This document shows, piece by piece, positions 26,450 to 36,832 of a stretch of 57,360 nucleotides of DNA. The notes under the pieces are model-generated. The model did not search any database, had not been told where the DNA came from, and saw only the letters and a program-made list of their open reading frames with translations. The stretch is from Bifidobacterium breve (GTDB lineage Bacteria > Actinomycetota > Actinomycetes > S36-B12), in contig CAMAWO010000001.1 in the NCBI GenBank assembly GCA_945861925.1, forward strand, positions 1 to 57,360, given 5' to 3'. Both the position numbers and the translations under genes were made by a program. The stretch's first letter is position 1, and each line of letters begins with the position of its first letter.

Positions 26450-26511
26450 GATCGTCTCCTTGTCAGGGCCAGGACCAATACGGCCCCAACGTTCAGCACA
26501 AAATCTATCGG

Positions 26512-27801
26512 TCAGTTGATGCGCTCGAGGATGAGGGGGAGCCTATTCACAGGCGCCCCCGCCGGGCCGATCACGATGGCCCCCTCGAGCGCCTGCATCG
26601 CCGTCGAGAATCGTCGCTCGTCATCGGTATGAAGGGTGAGGAGGGGCATGCCCGCCGTGACGGAATCGCCGGGCTTGGCGTGGATCTCGATTCCCGCACC
26701 CTCCGACACCGAATCCTCCTTGCGCGCCCGCCCAGCGCCAAGGCGCCACGCGGCGATGCCAACCTTCAGCGCATCGAGTTGCGTCATGGTGCCGCGAGTT
26801 TCCGCAACGACCTGGTGGCGGTGCGTCGCTACCGGTAGCGGGGCATCAGGGTCACCCCCCTGCGCCCGGATCATCCGATTCCATACATCCATGGCACTGC
26901 CGTCCTGCAGGGTCGTCGCCGGATCGACGCCCGTAATGCCGGCAAGGTCGAGCATCTCGCGGGCAAGCGTGATCGTCAGTTCAATGACATCGGACGGACC
27001 ACCGCCTGCGAGTACCTCGACCGACTCGCGGACCTCAAGGGCATTGCCGACCGTTAGGCCGAGTGGGACGTCCATCGCCGTAATGAGCGCACGAGTGTTG
27101 ACCCCCGAATCGAGCCCAATTCTCACCATCGTCTCAGCGAGCCGCTTCGCCTGAACCGGGTCGGACATGAAGGCACCCGAGCCGGTCTTCACATCGAGCA
27201 CGAGGCCGCCCGCACCCTCGGCGATCTTCTTGCTCATGATGCTCGAGGCTATAAGCGGGATGGCCTCGACGGTGCCGGTGACATCGCGGAGCGCATAGAG
27301 CTTCTTGTCAGCGGGCGCCAGGCCCGGGCCGGCCGCGCAGATGACACCGCCACACGACCGCAGCACTTCGAACATCTCGTCATTGCTCAGGTTTGCCCGC
27401 CAGCCCGGGATCGACTCGAGCTTGTCGAGCGTGCCACCCGTATGCCCGAGGCCGCGGCCGCTGAGCTGCGGCACGGCAGCGCCACACGCTGCGACAACCG
27501 GCACGAGCGGAAGGGTGATCTTGTCCCCAACACCGCCCGTCGAATGCTTGTCGACCGTGGGCCGCTCGAGGGTGGTGAAGTCCATCCGCTCCCCCGAGCG
27601 GATCATCGCATCGGTCCAGCGCACGATCTCGGCCTCGTCCATGCCATTGAGGAGAATCGCCATCGCAAGGGCCGCCATCTGCTCCTCCGCGACGACGCCG
27701 CGCACATACGCGTCAATGACCCAATCGATCTGCTCGGGGCGGAGGGCACCCCTGTCACGCTTGGCCCTGATGATGTCGACTGCGGCGAATGGCTCAACCA
27801 C
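26512..27801 (-). CDS. deoA: thymidine/pyrimidine-nucleoside phosphorylase
   Basis: IIRAKRDRG...DKHSTGGVGDK...GHTGGTLDKLE motifs are present. Confidence 0.95.
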   Translation of the reverse strand: MVEPFAAVDIIRAKRDRGALRPEQIDWVIDAYVRGVVAEEQMAALAMAILLNGMDEAEIVRWTDAMIRSGERMDFTTLERPTVDKHSTGGVGDKITLPLVPVVAACGAAVPQLSGRGLGHTGGTLDKLESIPGWRANLSNDEMFEVLRSCGGVICAAGPGLAPADKKLYALRDVTGTVEAIPLIASSIMSKKIAEGAGGLVLDVKTGSGAFMSDPVQAKRLAETMVRIGLDSGVNTRALITAMDVPLGLTVGNALEVRESVEVLAGGGPSDVIELTITLAREMLDLAGITGVDPATTLQDGSAMDVWNRMIRAQGGDPDAPLPVATHRHQVVAETRGTMTQLDALKVGIAAWRLGAGRARKEDSVSEGAGIEIHAKPGDSVTAGMPLLTLHTDDERRFSTAMQALEGAIVIGPAGAPVNRLPLILERIN

Positions 27802-28216
27802 GGTGGGTGCGGTCCTCTGCTCGATCGATGAGATCCTGCGGGCCGAAGGCCTGCGGGAGGATATCTGCGAGGGTCATAATGCCCTCGGGAGTCCGGATGA
27901 GGCTCGTGGGCCGGCCGTGCTCCCAGAGCAACTGCCGGCAGCGACCGCATGGCATGAGTGCATCACCATGCTGATCGACGCACGCGATCGCCATGAGCGT
28001 GCCGCCACCGGTCGCGTGAATATTCGACACCATGCCGCACTCGGCGCACAGGCCGACGCCGTAGCAGGCGTTCTCGACATTGCAGCCGGTGACGATGCGG
28101 CCGTCGTCCATGAGCCCAGCAACCCCGACCTTGAACTTGGAGTAGGGGGCGTAGGCACCGTGCATGACGGTCACCGCTTCCGCGGTGAGGGCATCCCAGT
28201 CGACGTCAGCCATCAC
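27794..28216 (-). CDS. cdd: cytidine deaminase
   Basis: The CAECG and PCGRCRQ zinc motifs are present. It overlaps deoA by 8 nt. Confidence 0.9.
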   Translation of the reverse strand: MMADVDWDALTAEAVTVMHGAYAPYSKFKVGVAGLMDDGRIVTGCNVENACYGVGLCAECGMVSNIHATGGGTLMAIACVDQHGDALMPCGRCRQLLWEHGRPTSLIRTPEGIMTLADILPQAFGPQDLIDRAEDRTHRG

Positions 28217-29520
28217 TACTGCTTCTCGTAAGGCTGGCCATCAGCAGCCGGCGGGCGCACCCGACCGACGACGCCCGCAACAACGACGATCGTCACAAGG
28301 TACGGCGCCATCGCGAGGAACTCACTCGGAATCGGAATGTTCAGCAGTGCGAATTTCTGCTGAAGGGATTCTGAGAATCCGAAGATAAGGGCGGCGAGGA
28401 ATGCTCCAATCGGGTTCCAGGCCCCGAAGATCATGGCGGCCAGCCCGATGAATCCGCGGCCGCCCGTCATGTTCTCGTCAAACCTTCCAACCGAGCCCAG
28501 TGTGAACCAGGCGCCGGCGAAGCCACCCACCATGCCGCCGTAGATGACGGCGAGGTAGCGGACCTTCGCCACGCTCACGCCGAGACTGTCGGCAGCCTTC
28601 GGGTTCTCGCCGACCGCTCGAGTGCGCAGACCCCAACGAGTGCGGAAGAGCAGATACGTCACGCTCCCGATGAGGATGAACATGCCGTACACAATGATCG
28701 TCTGGTCGAAGAACATCGGACCGATGATCGGGATATCGCCCAGGACCGGGATCTTGACGGCGGCGAAAATCGGGGCGTCATTCAACTCCGGCTTCTTTAC
28801 GAGCACCTGCGCAGTCAGGAAGGAGGTGAGGCCGAGCACGAGGATATTGATCACCACGCCGATGATGATCTGATCGACCCGGAACTTCACGGCAAGCACC
28901 GCGAGAAGCAGCGCGAGGACCCCGCCGGTGAGGGTGGCCGACAGCAGCCCTATCCAGCCGCCGAGGAGCGAGCCCATGACCACCCCGGTGAACGCACCCC
29001 CGAGCAACATTCCCTCGATCCCGATGTTCACGACGCCCGAGCGCTCGCACAAAATGCCCGACAAGGCCCCGAGAGCGATCGGCGTTGAGCGCGACACAGT
29101 CGCGACAAGCATGCTGATGAGCGAGAACTCCTGGCCAGATGCAGCCCACACCATGAGGGCTATCGCGAACACACCGAACGAGATGCCGAGGATGATCGTC
29201 GTCTTGCCTTGAAACCCCCGAAAGAACTGCGTTGCGCCGAGGAAGGCAAGGACCGAGGACATTACCCACAGCGAACCCGCCGACGGAACTGCAAGGGAGT
29301 CGAGCTGAATTGCATCATCGGGGGTGCTGAGCCCGAAGGTCGAGACCCCGCTCACCGCCGGGACGAACACGAGCATGACGAGCCCTGAAAGCAGAAGGAG
29401 GACGACTCCTGAAATGCGGGCTTTGCGAATCTGGCGCTTCGTCAACTCCTTCGTGCGCTTGCCGGTGAGCTCGTAGCTCTCGCGCGGCGCAGGGGCGCTC
29501 GCTTGGTTCATGATGCCCAT
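28216..29520 (-). CDS. ABC transporter permease (nucleoside/BMP-type system)
   Basis: 434 aa polytopic membrane protein. The TGATG junction joins it to cdd. Confidence 0.9.
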   Translation of the reverse strand: MGIMNQASAPAPRESYELTGKRTKELTKRQIRKARISGVVLLLLSGLVMLVFVPAVSGVSTFGLSTPDDAIQLDSLAVPSAGSLWVMSSVLAFLGATQFFRGFQGKTTIILGISFGVFAIALMVWAASGQEFSLISMLVATVSRSTPIALGALSGILCERSGVVNIGIEGMLLGGAFTGVVMGSLLGGWIGLLSATLTGGVLALLLAVLAVKFRVDQIIIGVVINILVLGLTSFLTAQVLVKKPELNDAPIFAAVKIPVLGDIPIIGPMFFDQTIIVYGMFILIGSVTYLLFRTRWGLRTRAVGENPKAADSLGVSVAKVRYLAVIYGGMVGGFAGAWFTLGSVGRFDENMTGGRGFIGLAAMIFGAWNPIGAFLAALIFGFSESLQQKFALLNIPIPSEFLAMAPYLVTIVVVAGVVGRVRPPAADGQPYEKQ

Positions 29521-30659
29521 CCCTTGCTGATCTGGGTGGAGACGGCGGGGGTCTTGAGCCGGTACATCGCAGTAATGAGCGCGGGCGCAGCGACAAAGAT
29601 GATGATGAGAGCCTGAATGACGGCGATGAGATCGATGCCGACATCAGCGGACACCTGCATCTGCTGCCCACCCGCCCGCAGCCCACCAAAGAGCACCGCA
29701 GCAGCCACGACCCCCCAGGGGTTTGACCTCCCGAGCAGGGCCACAGCAATGCCGTCGAACCCGATGTTCGATGAGAACCCAGGAGTGGCCCGATCCAGAA
29801 CACCGAGGATCTGGCCGGATCCGGCGAGTCCGGCGAGCCCCCCTGCGATCATCATGACAAGGACATAGACCTTGGTGATCGACATGCCGGCGTAGCGGGC
29901 CGCATTCGGATTCGCGCCCACGGCCCGGAATTCGAAGCCGGTCGTCGTGCGAAAGAGCAGCCAGTGAATGACGCCAGCGGCAATGAGGGCCACGATGAGC
30001 CCAAGGTGCACGCGCAGGGCTGGATTCATCCAGCCGAGCATCTGGGTGAGCTGCGCGGATGCCTCAACCGTCTTCGAGACCGGGTCGTTTCGGCCCTCGC
30101 GCTGGAAGAGCTCAGTCTTGAGAAAGAAGTCGACGAGGCGCAGGGCGATGTAGTTGAGCATGATCGTGACGATGACCTCGTGCGCACCGGTCTTCGCCTT
30201 GAGGACGCCCGGGATGAAACCCCAGATGGCCCCGCCAATGAAACCGGCGAGGAGCGCGAGTGGCAGGTGGATATAGATCGGCAGGCCGGTGATGCTGAAG
30301 CCGACGAACACCGCGCACATGCCGCCAACGAGCATCTGCCCCTCAGCGCCGATGTTGAACAGGCCAGCGCGAAAGGCGATGGCCACGGACAGACCGGCCA
30401 AGATAAGAGGCGTTGCGGCGGTGAGGGTCTCCGAGATCGCCTTGACTGAGCCCACCGACCCCTGCAGGAGTGCGGCATAGGCGTCCATCGCCTGACCGAA
30501 ACTCGAACCCGTCAGCATGATGAGAACGATGCCGATGAGGAGTGCAGTCACGACGGCGAGGAACGGGATGAGAAGGCCCGTGCGCCAGTTCATACTCGTC
30601 GTGAGCTGCTGAACAAAGCCTCGCTGCTCGGCCTCCGGCGGAGTCTGAGTGACGGTCAC
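29508..30659 (-). CDS. ABC transporter permease (nucleoside/BMP-type system)
   Basis: 383 aa polytopic protein. It overlaps both neighbouring genes. Confidence 0.9.
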   Translation of the reverse strand: MTVTQTPPEAEQRGFVQQLTTSMNWRTGLLIPFLAVVTALLIGIVLIMLTGSSFGQAMDAYAALLQGSVGSVKAISETLTAATPLILAGLSVAIAFRAGLFNIGAEGQMLVGGMCAVFVGFSITGLPIYIHLPLALLAGFIGGAIWGFIPGVLKAKTGAHEVIVTIMLNYIALRLVDFFLKTELFQREGRNDPVSKTVEASAQLTQMLGWMNPALRVHLGLIVALIAAGVIHWLLFRTTTGFEFRAVGANPNAARYAGMSITKVYVLVMMIAGGLAGLAGSGQILGVLDRATPGFSSNIGFDGIAVALLGRSNPWGVVAAAVLFGGLRAGGQQMQVSADVGIDLIAVIQALIIIFVAAPALITAMYRLKTPAVSTQISKGWAS

Positions 30660-32161
30660 GAGCCTTTTCCTGCCATGAAGAGCCCAATCTCAGTCGGGGT
30701 GGTCTCACCTACGAGACGCTCGGCCACGATCTTGCCGTCATACATGACGATGATTCGGTCGGAGAGCGCGAAGATCTCGTCGAGCTCCGTCGAAACGATG
30801 AGGATCGCCTTGCCCTCGTTTCGCTTGCGAACGATCTGCTCGTGGATGTACTCGATGGAGCCCACGTCGATGCCACGGGTCGGCTGCGAGCAGATAACAA
30901 GCGGGACATCGCGGCTGAACTCGCGCGCCACGATCATCTTCTGCGCATTGCCCCCCGAGAGTGCGCCGCCCGTATTCTCGATGAGCGGCGGCCTTACGTC
31001 GTATGCCTCGACGAGCGCGAGGGCCGACTCCTGGATGCTCGCCTTCTGCAGGCGACCGCCCTTGGAGTAGGGCGCCGCATAGTAGGAGTCAAGGACGAGG
31101 TTCTCCTTGATGGTGAACGACCCGACCATGCCCATGTCGTTTCGGTCCTCGGGAACGTGGGCGATGCCCAGCACGTGGCGATCTCGGACGCTCCTGTTTG
31201 AGATATCCGCGCCGTCGAACTCGACCCTCCCGCCTGAGATCGGGAGCAGCCCGGTGATCGCCTCAACGAGCTCCGTCTGGCCATTGCCCTGGATGCCGGC
31301 GACCCCGACGATCTCGCCCGCCGCGACCGACAGGCTCACCTTGTTCAGGAGCGGCCGGCCGTAGTCGTCAACCATCGTCACGTCGGTGAGTTCGAGCACG
31401 GTCCGCCCAGGAGTGCCGAGTTCCTTGTCGACCGTCAGGTCGATTTCGCGGCCCACCATCATCGCGGCGAGATCCTCCGGGGTCGCAGTCGTCGGGTCCG
31501 CGTGACCGACGACCCTGCCACCGCGCAACACCGTGATGTCATCGGCGACCGCCAGGGCCTCCTTGAGCTTGTGGGTGATGAAGATGATCGTCGCTCCGCG
31601 AGCTTTGAGCTCAGCAACGATGCCGAAGAACTCCTCGACCTCCTGGGGGGTGAGCACCGCAGTCGGCTCGTCGAACACGAGAATCTTCGCACCCCGCAGC
31701 AGTACCTTTATAATCTCCACCCGCTGCTGGATACCAACGGGGAGATCCTCGATTTTTGCATCGGGATCGACCGCGAGACCGTAGCGCTCCGAGATCTCCT
31801 TGACCTCCCTGCGTGCCTCGCGCCGGTTCAGTACACCTCCGGCCTTGGTGGGCTCCACGCCGAGGATGACGTTCTCGTATACCGAAAAAACTGGGACGAG
31901 CATGAAGTGCTGATGCACCATCCCAATGCCCGCCTTGATCGCGTCACCCGGATCACGGAAGGTCTGATGAACGCCATCGATGAGGATCTCGCCAGCATCC
32001 GATCGATACAGGCCCGACAGCACGTTCATGAGGGTGCTCTTGCCGGCGCCGTTCTCACCGATGAGGGCGAGCACCGTGCCCGATCGGGCGGTGAGGCTCA
32101 CATCGTCATTCGCGAGCACCCCGGGGAATCGCTTCGTGATGCCCCGCAGCTGAAGTTCCAC
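30656..32161 (-). CDS. ABC transporter ATP-binding protein with duplicated NBD
   Basis: Walker A GENGAGKST, signature LSGGNAQK and two ATPase halves, as in sugar/nucleoside importers. Confidence 0.95.
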   Translation of the reverse strand: MELQLRGITKRFPGVLANDDVSLTARSGTVLALIGENGAGKSTLMNVLSGLYRSDAGEILIDGVHQTFRDPGDAIKAGIGMVHQHFMLVPVFSVYENVILGVEPTKAGGVLNRREARREVKEISERYGLAVDPDAKIEDLPVGIQQRVEIIKVLLRGAKILVFDEPTAVLTPQEVEEFFGIVAELKARGATIIFITHKLKEALAVADDITVLRGGRVVGHADPTTATPEDLAAMMVGREIDLTVDKELGTPGRTVLELTDVTMVDDYGRPLLNKVSLSVAAGEIVGVAGIQGNGQTELVEAITGLLPISGGRVEFDGADISNRSVRDRHVLGIAHVPEDRNDMGMVGSFTIKENLVLDSYYAAPYSKGGRLQKASIQESALALVEAYDVRPPLIENTGGALSGGNAQKMIVAREFSRDVPLVICSQPTRGIDVGSIEYIHEQIVRKRNEGKAILIVSTELDEIFALSDRIIVMYDGKIVAERLVGETTPTEIGLFMAGKGS

Positions 32162-32231
32162 ACCTCATCCTCTCGTCGCTCGCTAACCGTGCAGCACACG
32201 TTATCCGGATTAGCGACCGGATACAGGAGAA

Positions 32232-32260
32232 GGTGGGGTTCGATGCACTCGAACCCCACC
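32232..32260 (-). terminator. strong intercistronic hairpin after the binding-protein gene
   Basis: GGTGGGGTTCGA-5 nt-TCGAACCCCACC forms a perfect 12-bp stem. On the - strand it is followed by TTCTCCTGTAT. It lies 33 nt after the 32293 stop. Confidence 0.5.
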
Positions 32261-32292
32261 CTCCCCTCGACTCACATGGAGCCGACTTACGA

Positions 32293-33426
32293 CTAGCCCT
32301 TCTTGACGCTCACCGAGCCGTCGATGATGCCCACCTGAAGTGCCGTCATCTGCTCCTTGAGTTCCGGAGAGACCATGGAATCCATATCGTGGTAGGGGGC
32401 CAGGCCCACGCCACCGTTCTCGAGGGTACCGACCGTGACGCCACCCGCGAAGGTGCCGTCGATGACAGCCTTGATCGCATTGAACGTCGTGACGTCCATG
32501 TTCTTTAGGACTGACGTGAGATAGACGCCCTGGTTTGCGGGGTCGCTCTCGTACTGGTCGCTGTCTACACCGATGATCATCAACTTGTTCATGCCGAGTT
32601 CGGTTGCGAGGGCAGCCGAGCCGAGCCCAACCGGGCCGGCGACGGGCATGACGATGTCAGCACCTTCGTCGACGAGGTTCTGGGCGAATGCGCGGCCGTC
32701 AGCGAGGCTCTCGAAGTTCTCGGTGAACAAGCCCTTCTGGGTGTTCGGATCCCAGCCGAGAACCTCAACGTTGGTGCCGTTGTCTGCGTTGTACTTCTGG
32801 ACGCCGAAGTAGAATCCGTCCATGAAGATGGTCACCGGCGGGATGTTGATACCACCGAAGGTGCCAACCTTGCCGGTCTTGGTGGTGCCGGCTGCGAGGT
32901 AGCCCGCGAGGAACGCGGCCTCATCGGTGTTGAACACCTGTCCGAGCACGTTGTTGTTCGCGATCATCGGGGTGCCATCCTCGTTGTCACCGTAGGCGTA
33001 GTCCACGATGGTGAAGGGGATGTCGGGGTTGGCGTTGGCGGCCGTCATGGTCGCGTCACCGAGGAGGAAGCCGACCGTCACGATGATGTTGCAGCCCTGA
33101 TCGACGAACGCCTGAATGTTCGGTTCGTAGTCGGTCTCGGCTTGAGACTCGAGGACGATTGCTTCGACGCCAAGCTGATCCGCGGCGTCAGTGACGCCCT
33201 TGTAGGCCTTCTGGTTGAAGCCCTTGTCATCGACGCCACCGACATCGGTGACCTCGCACGCCTTGGGTGCGGCGGCTGCCGGCTCGCTGGCTGCGGGTGC
33301 ACTGGCCGCTGCACTGGCAGCAGGCGCCGCGGACGACTCGGCAGTGGTCGTGCTGCCCCCACACCCGGCGAGGCCGAGTGCAGCAACAGCGAACACCGCT
33401 GATGCGATCTTCACATTGGTCTTCAT
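32293..33426 (-). CDS. BMP-family (PnrA/Med-like) nucleoside-binding lipoprotein
   Basis: ATG at 33426 follows TAAGGAG. The lipobox is AALGLAGCGG. An Ala/Ser-rich linker precedes the BMP periplasmic fold. Confidence 0.9.
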   Translation of the reverse strand: MKTNVKIASAVFAVAALGLAGCGGSTTTAESSAAPAASAAASAPAASEPAAAAPKACEVTDVGGVDDKGFNQKAYKGVTDAADQLGVEAIVLESQAETDYEPNIQAFVDQGCNIIVTVGFLLGDATMTAANANPDIPFTIVDYAYGDNEDGTPMIANNNVLGQVFNTDEAAFLAGYLAAGTTKTGKVGTFGGINIPPVTIFMDGFYFGVQKYNADNGTNVEVLGWDPNTQKGLFTENFESLADGRAFAQNLVDEGADIVMPVAGPVGLGSAALATELGMNKLMIIGVDSDQYESDPANQGVYLTSVLKNMDVTTFNAIKAVIDGTFAGGVTVGTLENGGVGLAPYHDMDSMVSPELKEQMTALQVGIIDGSVSVKKG

Positions 33427-33491
33427 TGATCTCCTTAGATGATGGCTGCGGACCACGTTCGACGCGGCCTGTTCACACCCTAACGAACCAC

Positions 33492-34487
33492 TCACTCAGA
33501 ATCGGACCCAATGCGTTGCAATCGATCCACCAACATGGTTACGAATCGGTCACGGTCGATGTCGAGGCCCACGAGCGCATTCGCCGGCAGACCGGTAACC
33601 GACCAGCGGTCGGCAACCGTGCGCCCACTGCACAGGGCCGACTCGGTTTCGATCTGAACATTCATGGGGAGGGTGGTGACGAGGGTCGGGTCTATGAGGT
33701 GCGCAATCGTCACGGCGTCATGGATCGGCGCGCCCTCCCATCCGAACCGGTCCTGGTGGAAGCCGACGAAGTGATCGAGCAGCTCGGCGACGAACGCACC
33801 CACGTCGCCCGTGTCGCGCAGGAAATCAGCATGCTCATCGGTGAGCCACGCACGATGGGTGACCTCGAGCCCGATCATCGTGAGCGGGATTCCGGTGCGG
33901 TCCGCTCCCGGGACGCAGGCTGCCCGAAAAACGATGTCTGCTGCATGGGGATCGACCCAGATATTGAACTCCGCCGCAGGGGTCCAGTTTCCGAGATCGA
34001 TGGCGCCACCCATGATGACGAGTTCCCGGATCATGTGATGAAGGTGCGGGAGTTGCTCGACGACATCGGCCATGTTCGTGAGCGGACCGGTCGCGACGAG
34101 GGTGATCGGCTCATCCGCCTCGCGGAGGACCCGCTCGATCATCTCGATCGCAGTGAGGTCGGACGGGCCTCGGCTTGGCTCGACCGGCAAGGGCCCGGCC
34201 AGGCCGCTCTCACCATGCATGACGGCTGCTGTCGACAAATCGCGAATTCGTGGACTATCGCGGCCAGCGGCGACGGGGATATCCGTTCGTCCGATGAGAT
34301 CGAGTACGCGCAGGGCATTGCGGGTGGTGTGCTCCAAGGTGACATTGCCTGCCACGGTGGTGACGGCGATGAGATCGATGGACGGGTCAGCCACCGCGAG
34401 CATGATGGCGATTGCGTCATCGTGACCGGGGTCGCAGTCGAGCAACACGCGCGCGGGCGAGATGCCCGACGCCCCCGTCGCGCTCAT
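33492..34487 (-). CDS. nucleoside hydrolase (inosine-uridine preferring family)
   Basis: VLLDCDPGHDDAIAIMLA is the N-terminal aspartate cluster. Confidence 0.9.
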   Translation of the reverse strand: MSATGASGISPARVLLDCDPGHDDAIAIMLAVADPSIDLIAVTTVAGNVTLEHTTRNALRVLDLIGRTDIPVAAGRDSPRIRDLSTAAVMHGESGLAGPLPVEPSRGPSDLTAIEMIERVLREADEPITLVATGPLTNMADVVEQLPHLHHMIRELVIMGGAIDLGNWTPAAEFNIWVDPHAADIVFRAACVPGADRTGIPLTMIGLEVTHRAWLTDEHADFLRDTGDVGAFVAELLDHFVGFHQDRFGWEGAPIHDAVTIAHLIDPTLVTTLPMNVQIETESALCSGRTVADRWSVTGLPANALVGLDIDRDRFVTMLVDRLQRIGSDSE

Positions 34488-36088
34488 CAGAACCGATCGG
34501 CTGGCTGGTACTGACCCCAGACATCCCGGAGGGCATCGGAGACCTCGCCGACCGTTGCCCGCGCCCGCAGGGCCTCTTTTATCGGGAAGAGGAGGTTCGC
34601 TTCACCCTTGGCCGTCTCGCGAATGAGTTCGAGCAGGCGACTCACCTCCACGCCATCGCGTTCAGCGCGAAGCTTCGCGAGGCGGGCTCCCTGTTCCTGC
34701 TCGATGAGCGGGTTGACCCTCAGCGGTTCGTAATGCTCATGCTCATCGACCGTGAACTTGTTCATGCCGACAACGGTGCGCACCCCTGCATCGATCTGCC
34801 GGGTGATCTCGTACGCGGATCGCTCGATCTCGGCCTTCTGGAACCCCTGCTCGATGGCGGCAACAGCGCCGCCCATGTCGGTGATTCGGGCAATGAGCGC
34901 GAGAGCCTCCCGCTCGATCTCATCGGTCATCGACTCGACGACATACGACCCGGCGAAGGGATCAACGGTCGCGCAAATGTCAGTCTCGTAGGCGAGAACC
35001 TGCTGGGTGCGCAGGGCGAGGCGGGCTGCCTTTTGCGACGGGAGCGCGAGCGCCTCATCGAAGGAGTTGGTATGGAGCGACTGCGTACCACCAAGCACCG
35101 CGGCGAGGCCCTGAACAGCCACGCGAACCAGGTTGATCTCCGGCTGCTGGGCGGTCAACTGCACACCGGCGGTCTGGGTATGGAACCTCAGCATCCACGA
35201 CTTCGGGTTCTTTGCGCCGAACTGCTCGCGCATGATGTGCGCCCACATCCTTCGGGCCGCCCGGAACTTCGCGACCTCCTCGAGGATCGTCGTACGGGAG
35301 ACGAAGAAGAACGCGAGTCGGGGAGCAAACTCATCGACATCCTGCCCGGATTCGACGGCCGCCTGGACATAGGCAATGCCATCTGCGAGGGTGAATGCGA
35401 TCTCCTGAACGGGGGTCGCACCGGCCTCGGCCATGTGGTATCCGGAAATGGAGATCGTGTTCCAGCGCGGGATCTCATTGCGGCAGTAAGTGAAGATGTC
35501 GGTGATGAGCCTCAGCGACTGCGCAGGCGGGTAGATGTAGGTCCCCCGGGCGATGTACTCCTTGAGCACGTCGTTTTGGATCGTGCCATTCAGCTGATCA
35601 GCCGTGATGCCCTGCTCCTCGGCGATGAGCTGGTAGAGCACGAGGAGGATCGCCGCTGGAGCATTGATCGTCATTGAGGTGGAAACCTGGTCGAGCGGGA
35701 TCTGGTCGAACAGGATGCGCATGTCGTCGATCGAGTCGATCGCGACCCCGACCTTGCCGACCTCGCCGTGCGCGAGCGGATGGTCAGAGTCGTAGCCCAT
35801 CTGGGTCGGCAGGTCGAAGGCGACCGAGAGACCGGTCGTGCCCGCCGCGAGCAACTGGCGATAACGCTCATTCGACTCGACCGCCGTGCCGAACCCGGCA
35901 TACTGCCGCATCGTCCATGGCCGACCCGTGTACATCGACGGATACACGCCCCGGGTATACGGGAACTCGCCTGGCTCGCCGAGTTGCGTTTCAGGATCCC
36001 AATCGGCGAGCGCCTCGGGTCTATAGACCGCCGCTAGTGGCAGCCCAGACTCCGTTAGGACGCCCCCCGCATCAGTCACTTGCTGCAC
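34487..36088 (-). CDS. acyl-CoA mutase catalytic (TIM-barrel) subunit without B12-binding domain (IcmA/McmA1-like)
   Basis: 533 aa. [26 protein letters not shown] and the rest match the methylmalonyl-CoA mutase substrate domain. It ends before any DxHxxG cobalamin domain. It overlaps sdhB (17 nt) and the hydrolase (1 nt). Confidence 0.9.
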   Translation of the reverse strand: MQQVTDAGGVLTESGLPLAAVYRPEALADWDPETQLGEPGEFPYTRGVYPSMYTGRPWTMRQYAGFGTAVESNERYRQLLAAGTTGLSVAFDLPTQMGYDSDHPLAHGEVGKVGVAIDSIDDMRILFDQIPLDQVSTSMTINAPAAILLVLYQLIAEEQGITADQLNGTIQNDVLKEYIARGTYIYPPAQSLRLITDIFTYCRNEIPRWNTISISGYHMAEAGATPVQEIAFTLADGIAYVQAAVESGQDVDEFAPRLAFFFVSRTTILEEVAKFRAARRMWAHIMREQFGAKNPKSWMLRFHTQTAGVQLTAQQPEINLVRVAVQGLAAVLGGTQSLHTNSFDEALALPSQKAARLALRTQQVLAYETDICATVDPFAGSYVVESMTDEIEREALALIARITDMGGAVAAIEQGFQKAEIERSAYEITRQIDAGVRTVVGMNKFTVDEHEHYEPLRVNPLIEQEQGARLAKLRAERDGVEVSRLLELIRETAKGEANLLFPIKEALRARATVGEVSDALRDVWGQYQPADRF

Positions 36089-36830
36089 GAACCCGAATCT
36101 TGCTGCCGAGCCACCGGATCGGGTCGTACTTAATGTCGGCGACTCGCTCCTTCAGCGGGATGAGAGCGTTGTCGGTGATCTTGATGTGCTCAGGGCACAC
36201 CTCAGTGCAGCACTTGGTGATATTGCAGTAACCGAGCCCTAGTTCGTCCTGAGCCATCTTATGGCGATCGACGGTGTCGAGGGGGTGCATGTCGAGTTCA
36301 GCTACCCGCATGAGCACGCGCGGGCCCGCGAAGTTCGTCTTGTTCTCCTCATGATCGCGCACCGCGTGACAGGTGTTCTGGCACAGGAAGCATTCGATGC
36401 ATTTCCGGAACTCCTGGCTGCGGGCAACATCCTCCTGTGCCATCCGGTACTCGCCCGGCTTGAGACCCTCCGGCGGCTTGAATGCGGGAACCTCGCGTGC
36501 CTTCGCGTAGTTGAACGAAACGTCGGTGACGAGATCGCGGATGACCGGGAAGGCCCGAAGAGGAGTCACCGTGATGGTGTCAGTTTCCTCGAAAGTGTTC
36601 ATCCGAGTCATGCACATGAGCCTCGGGCGACCATTGACCTCCACGCTGCACGAGCCGCACTTACCGGCCTTGCAGTTCCAGCGAACCGCGAGGTCCGTTG
36701 CCTGCTCAGCTTGAATACGGTGAATCACATCAAGGACGACCTCACCCTCTTGCACCTGGACGTCGTAATCCTTGAGTTCGCCCGTGCCGTCCGGGCCACG
36801 CCAGAGGCGGAACTTTGCCATGTAGCTCAT
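36072..36830 (-). CDS. sdhB: succinate dehydrogenase/fumarate reductase iron-sulfur subunit
   Basis: Three Fe-S cluster motifs are present: [24 protein letters not shown] and CTEVCP. Confidence 0.95.
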   Translation of the reverse strand: MSYMAKFRLWRGPDGTGELKDYDVQVQEGEVVLDVIHRIQAEQATDLAVRWNCKAGKCGSCSVEVNGRPRLMCMTRMNTFEETDTITVTPLRAFPVIRDLVTDVSFNYAKAREVPAFKPPEGLKPGEYRMAQEDVARSQEFRKCIECFLCQNTCHAVRDHEENKTNFAGPRVLMRVAELDMHPLDTVDRHKMAQDELGLGYCNITKCCTEVCPEHIKITDNALIPLKERVADIKYDPIRWLGSKIRVRAASD

Positions 36831-36832
36831 GT

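Noticed and set aside
32232-32260. Actinobacterial LexA/SOS box (TCGAAC-N4-GTTCGA)
   Set aside because: The sequence is TTCGA-N5-TCGAA embedded in a 12-bp GC stem. Half-site orientation and spacing do not fit the SOS box. A hairpin is the simpler reading.
33267-35677. Two long + strand ORFs (415 and 421 aa) opposite the nucleoside hydrolase and mutase
   Set aside because: The - strand products match well-known enzyme families over their full length. The + strand translations are Arg/Gly/Asp-rich shadows.
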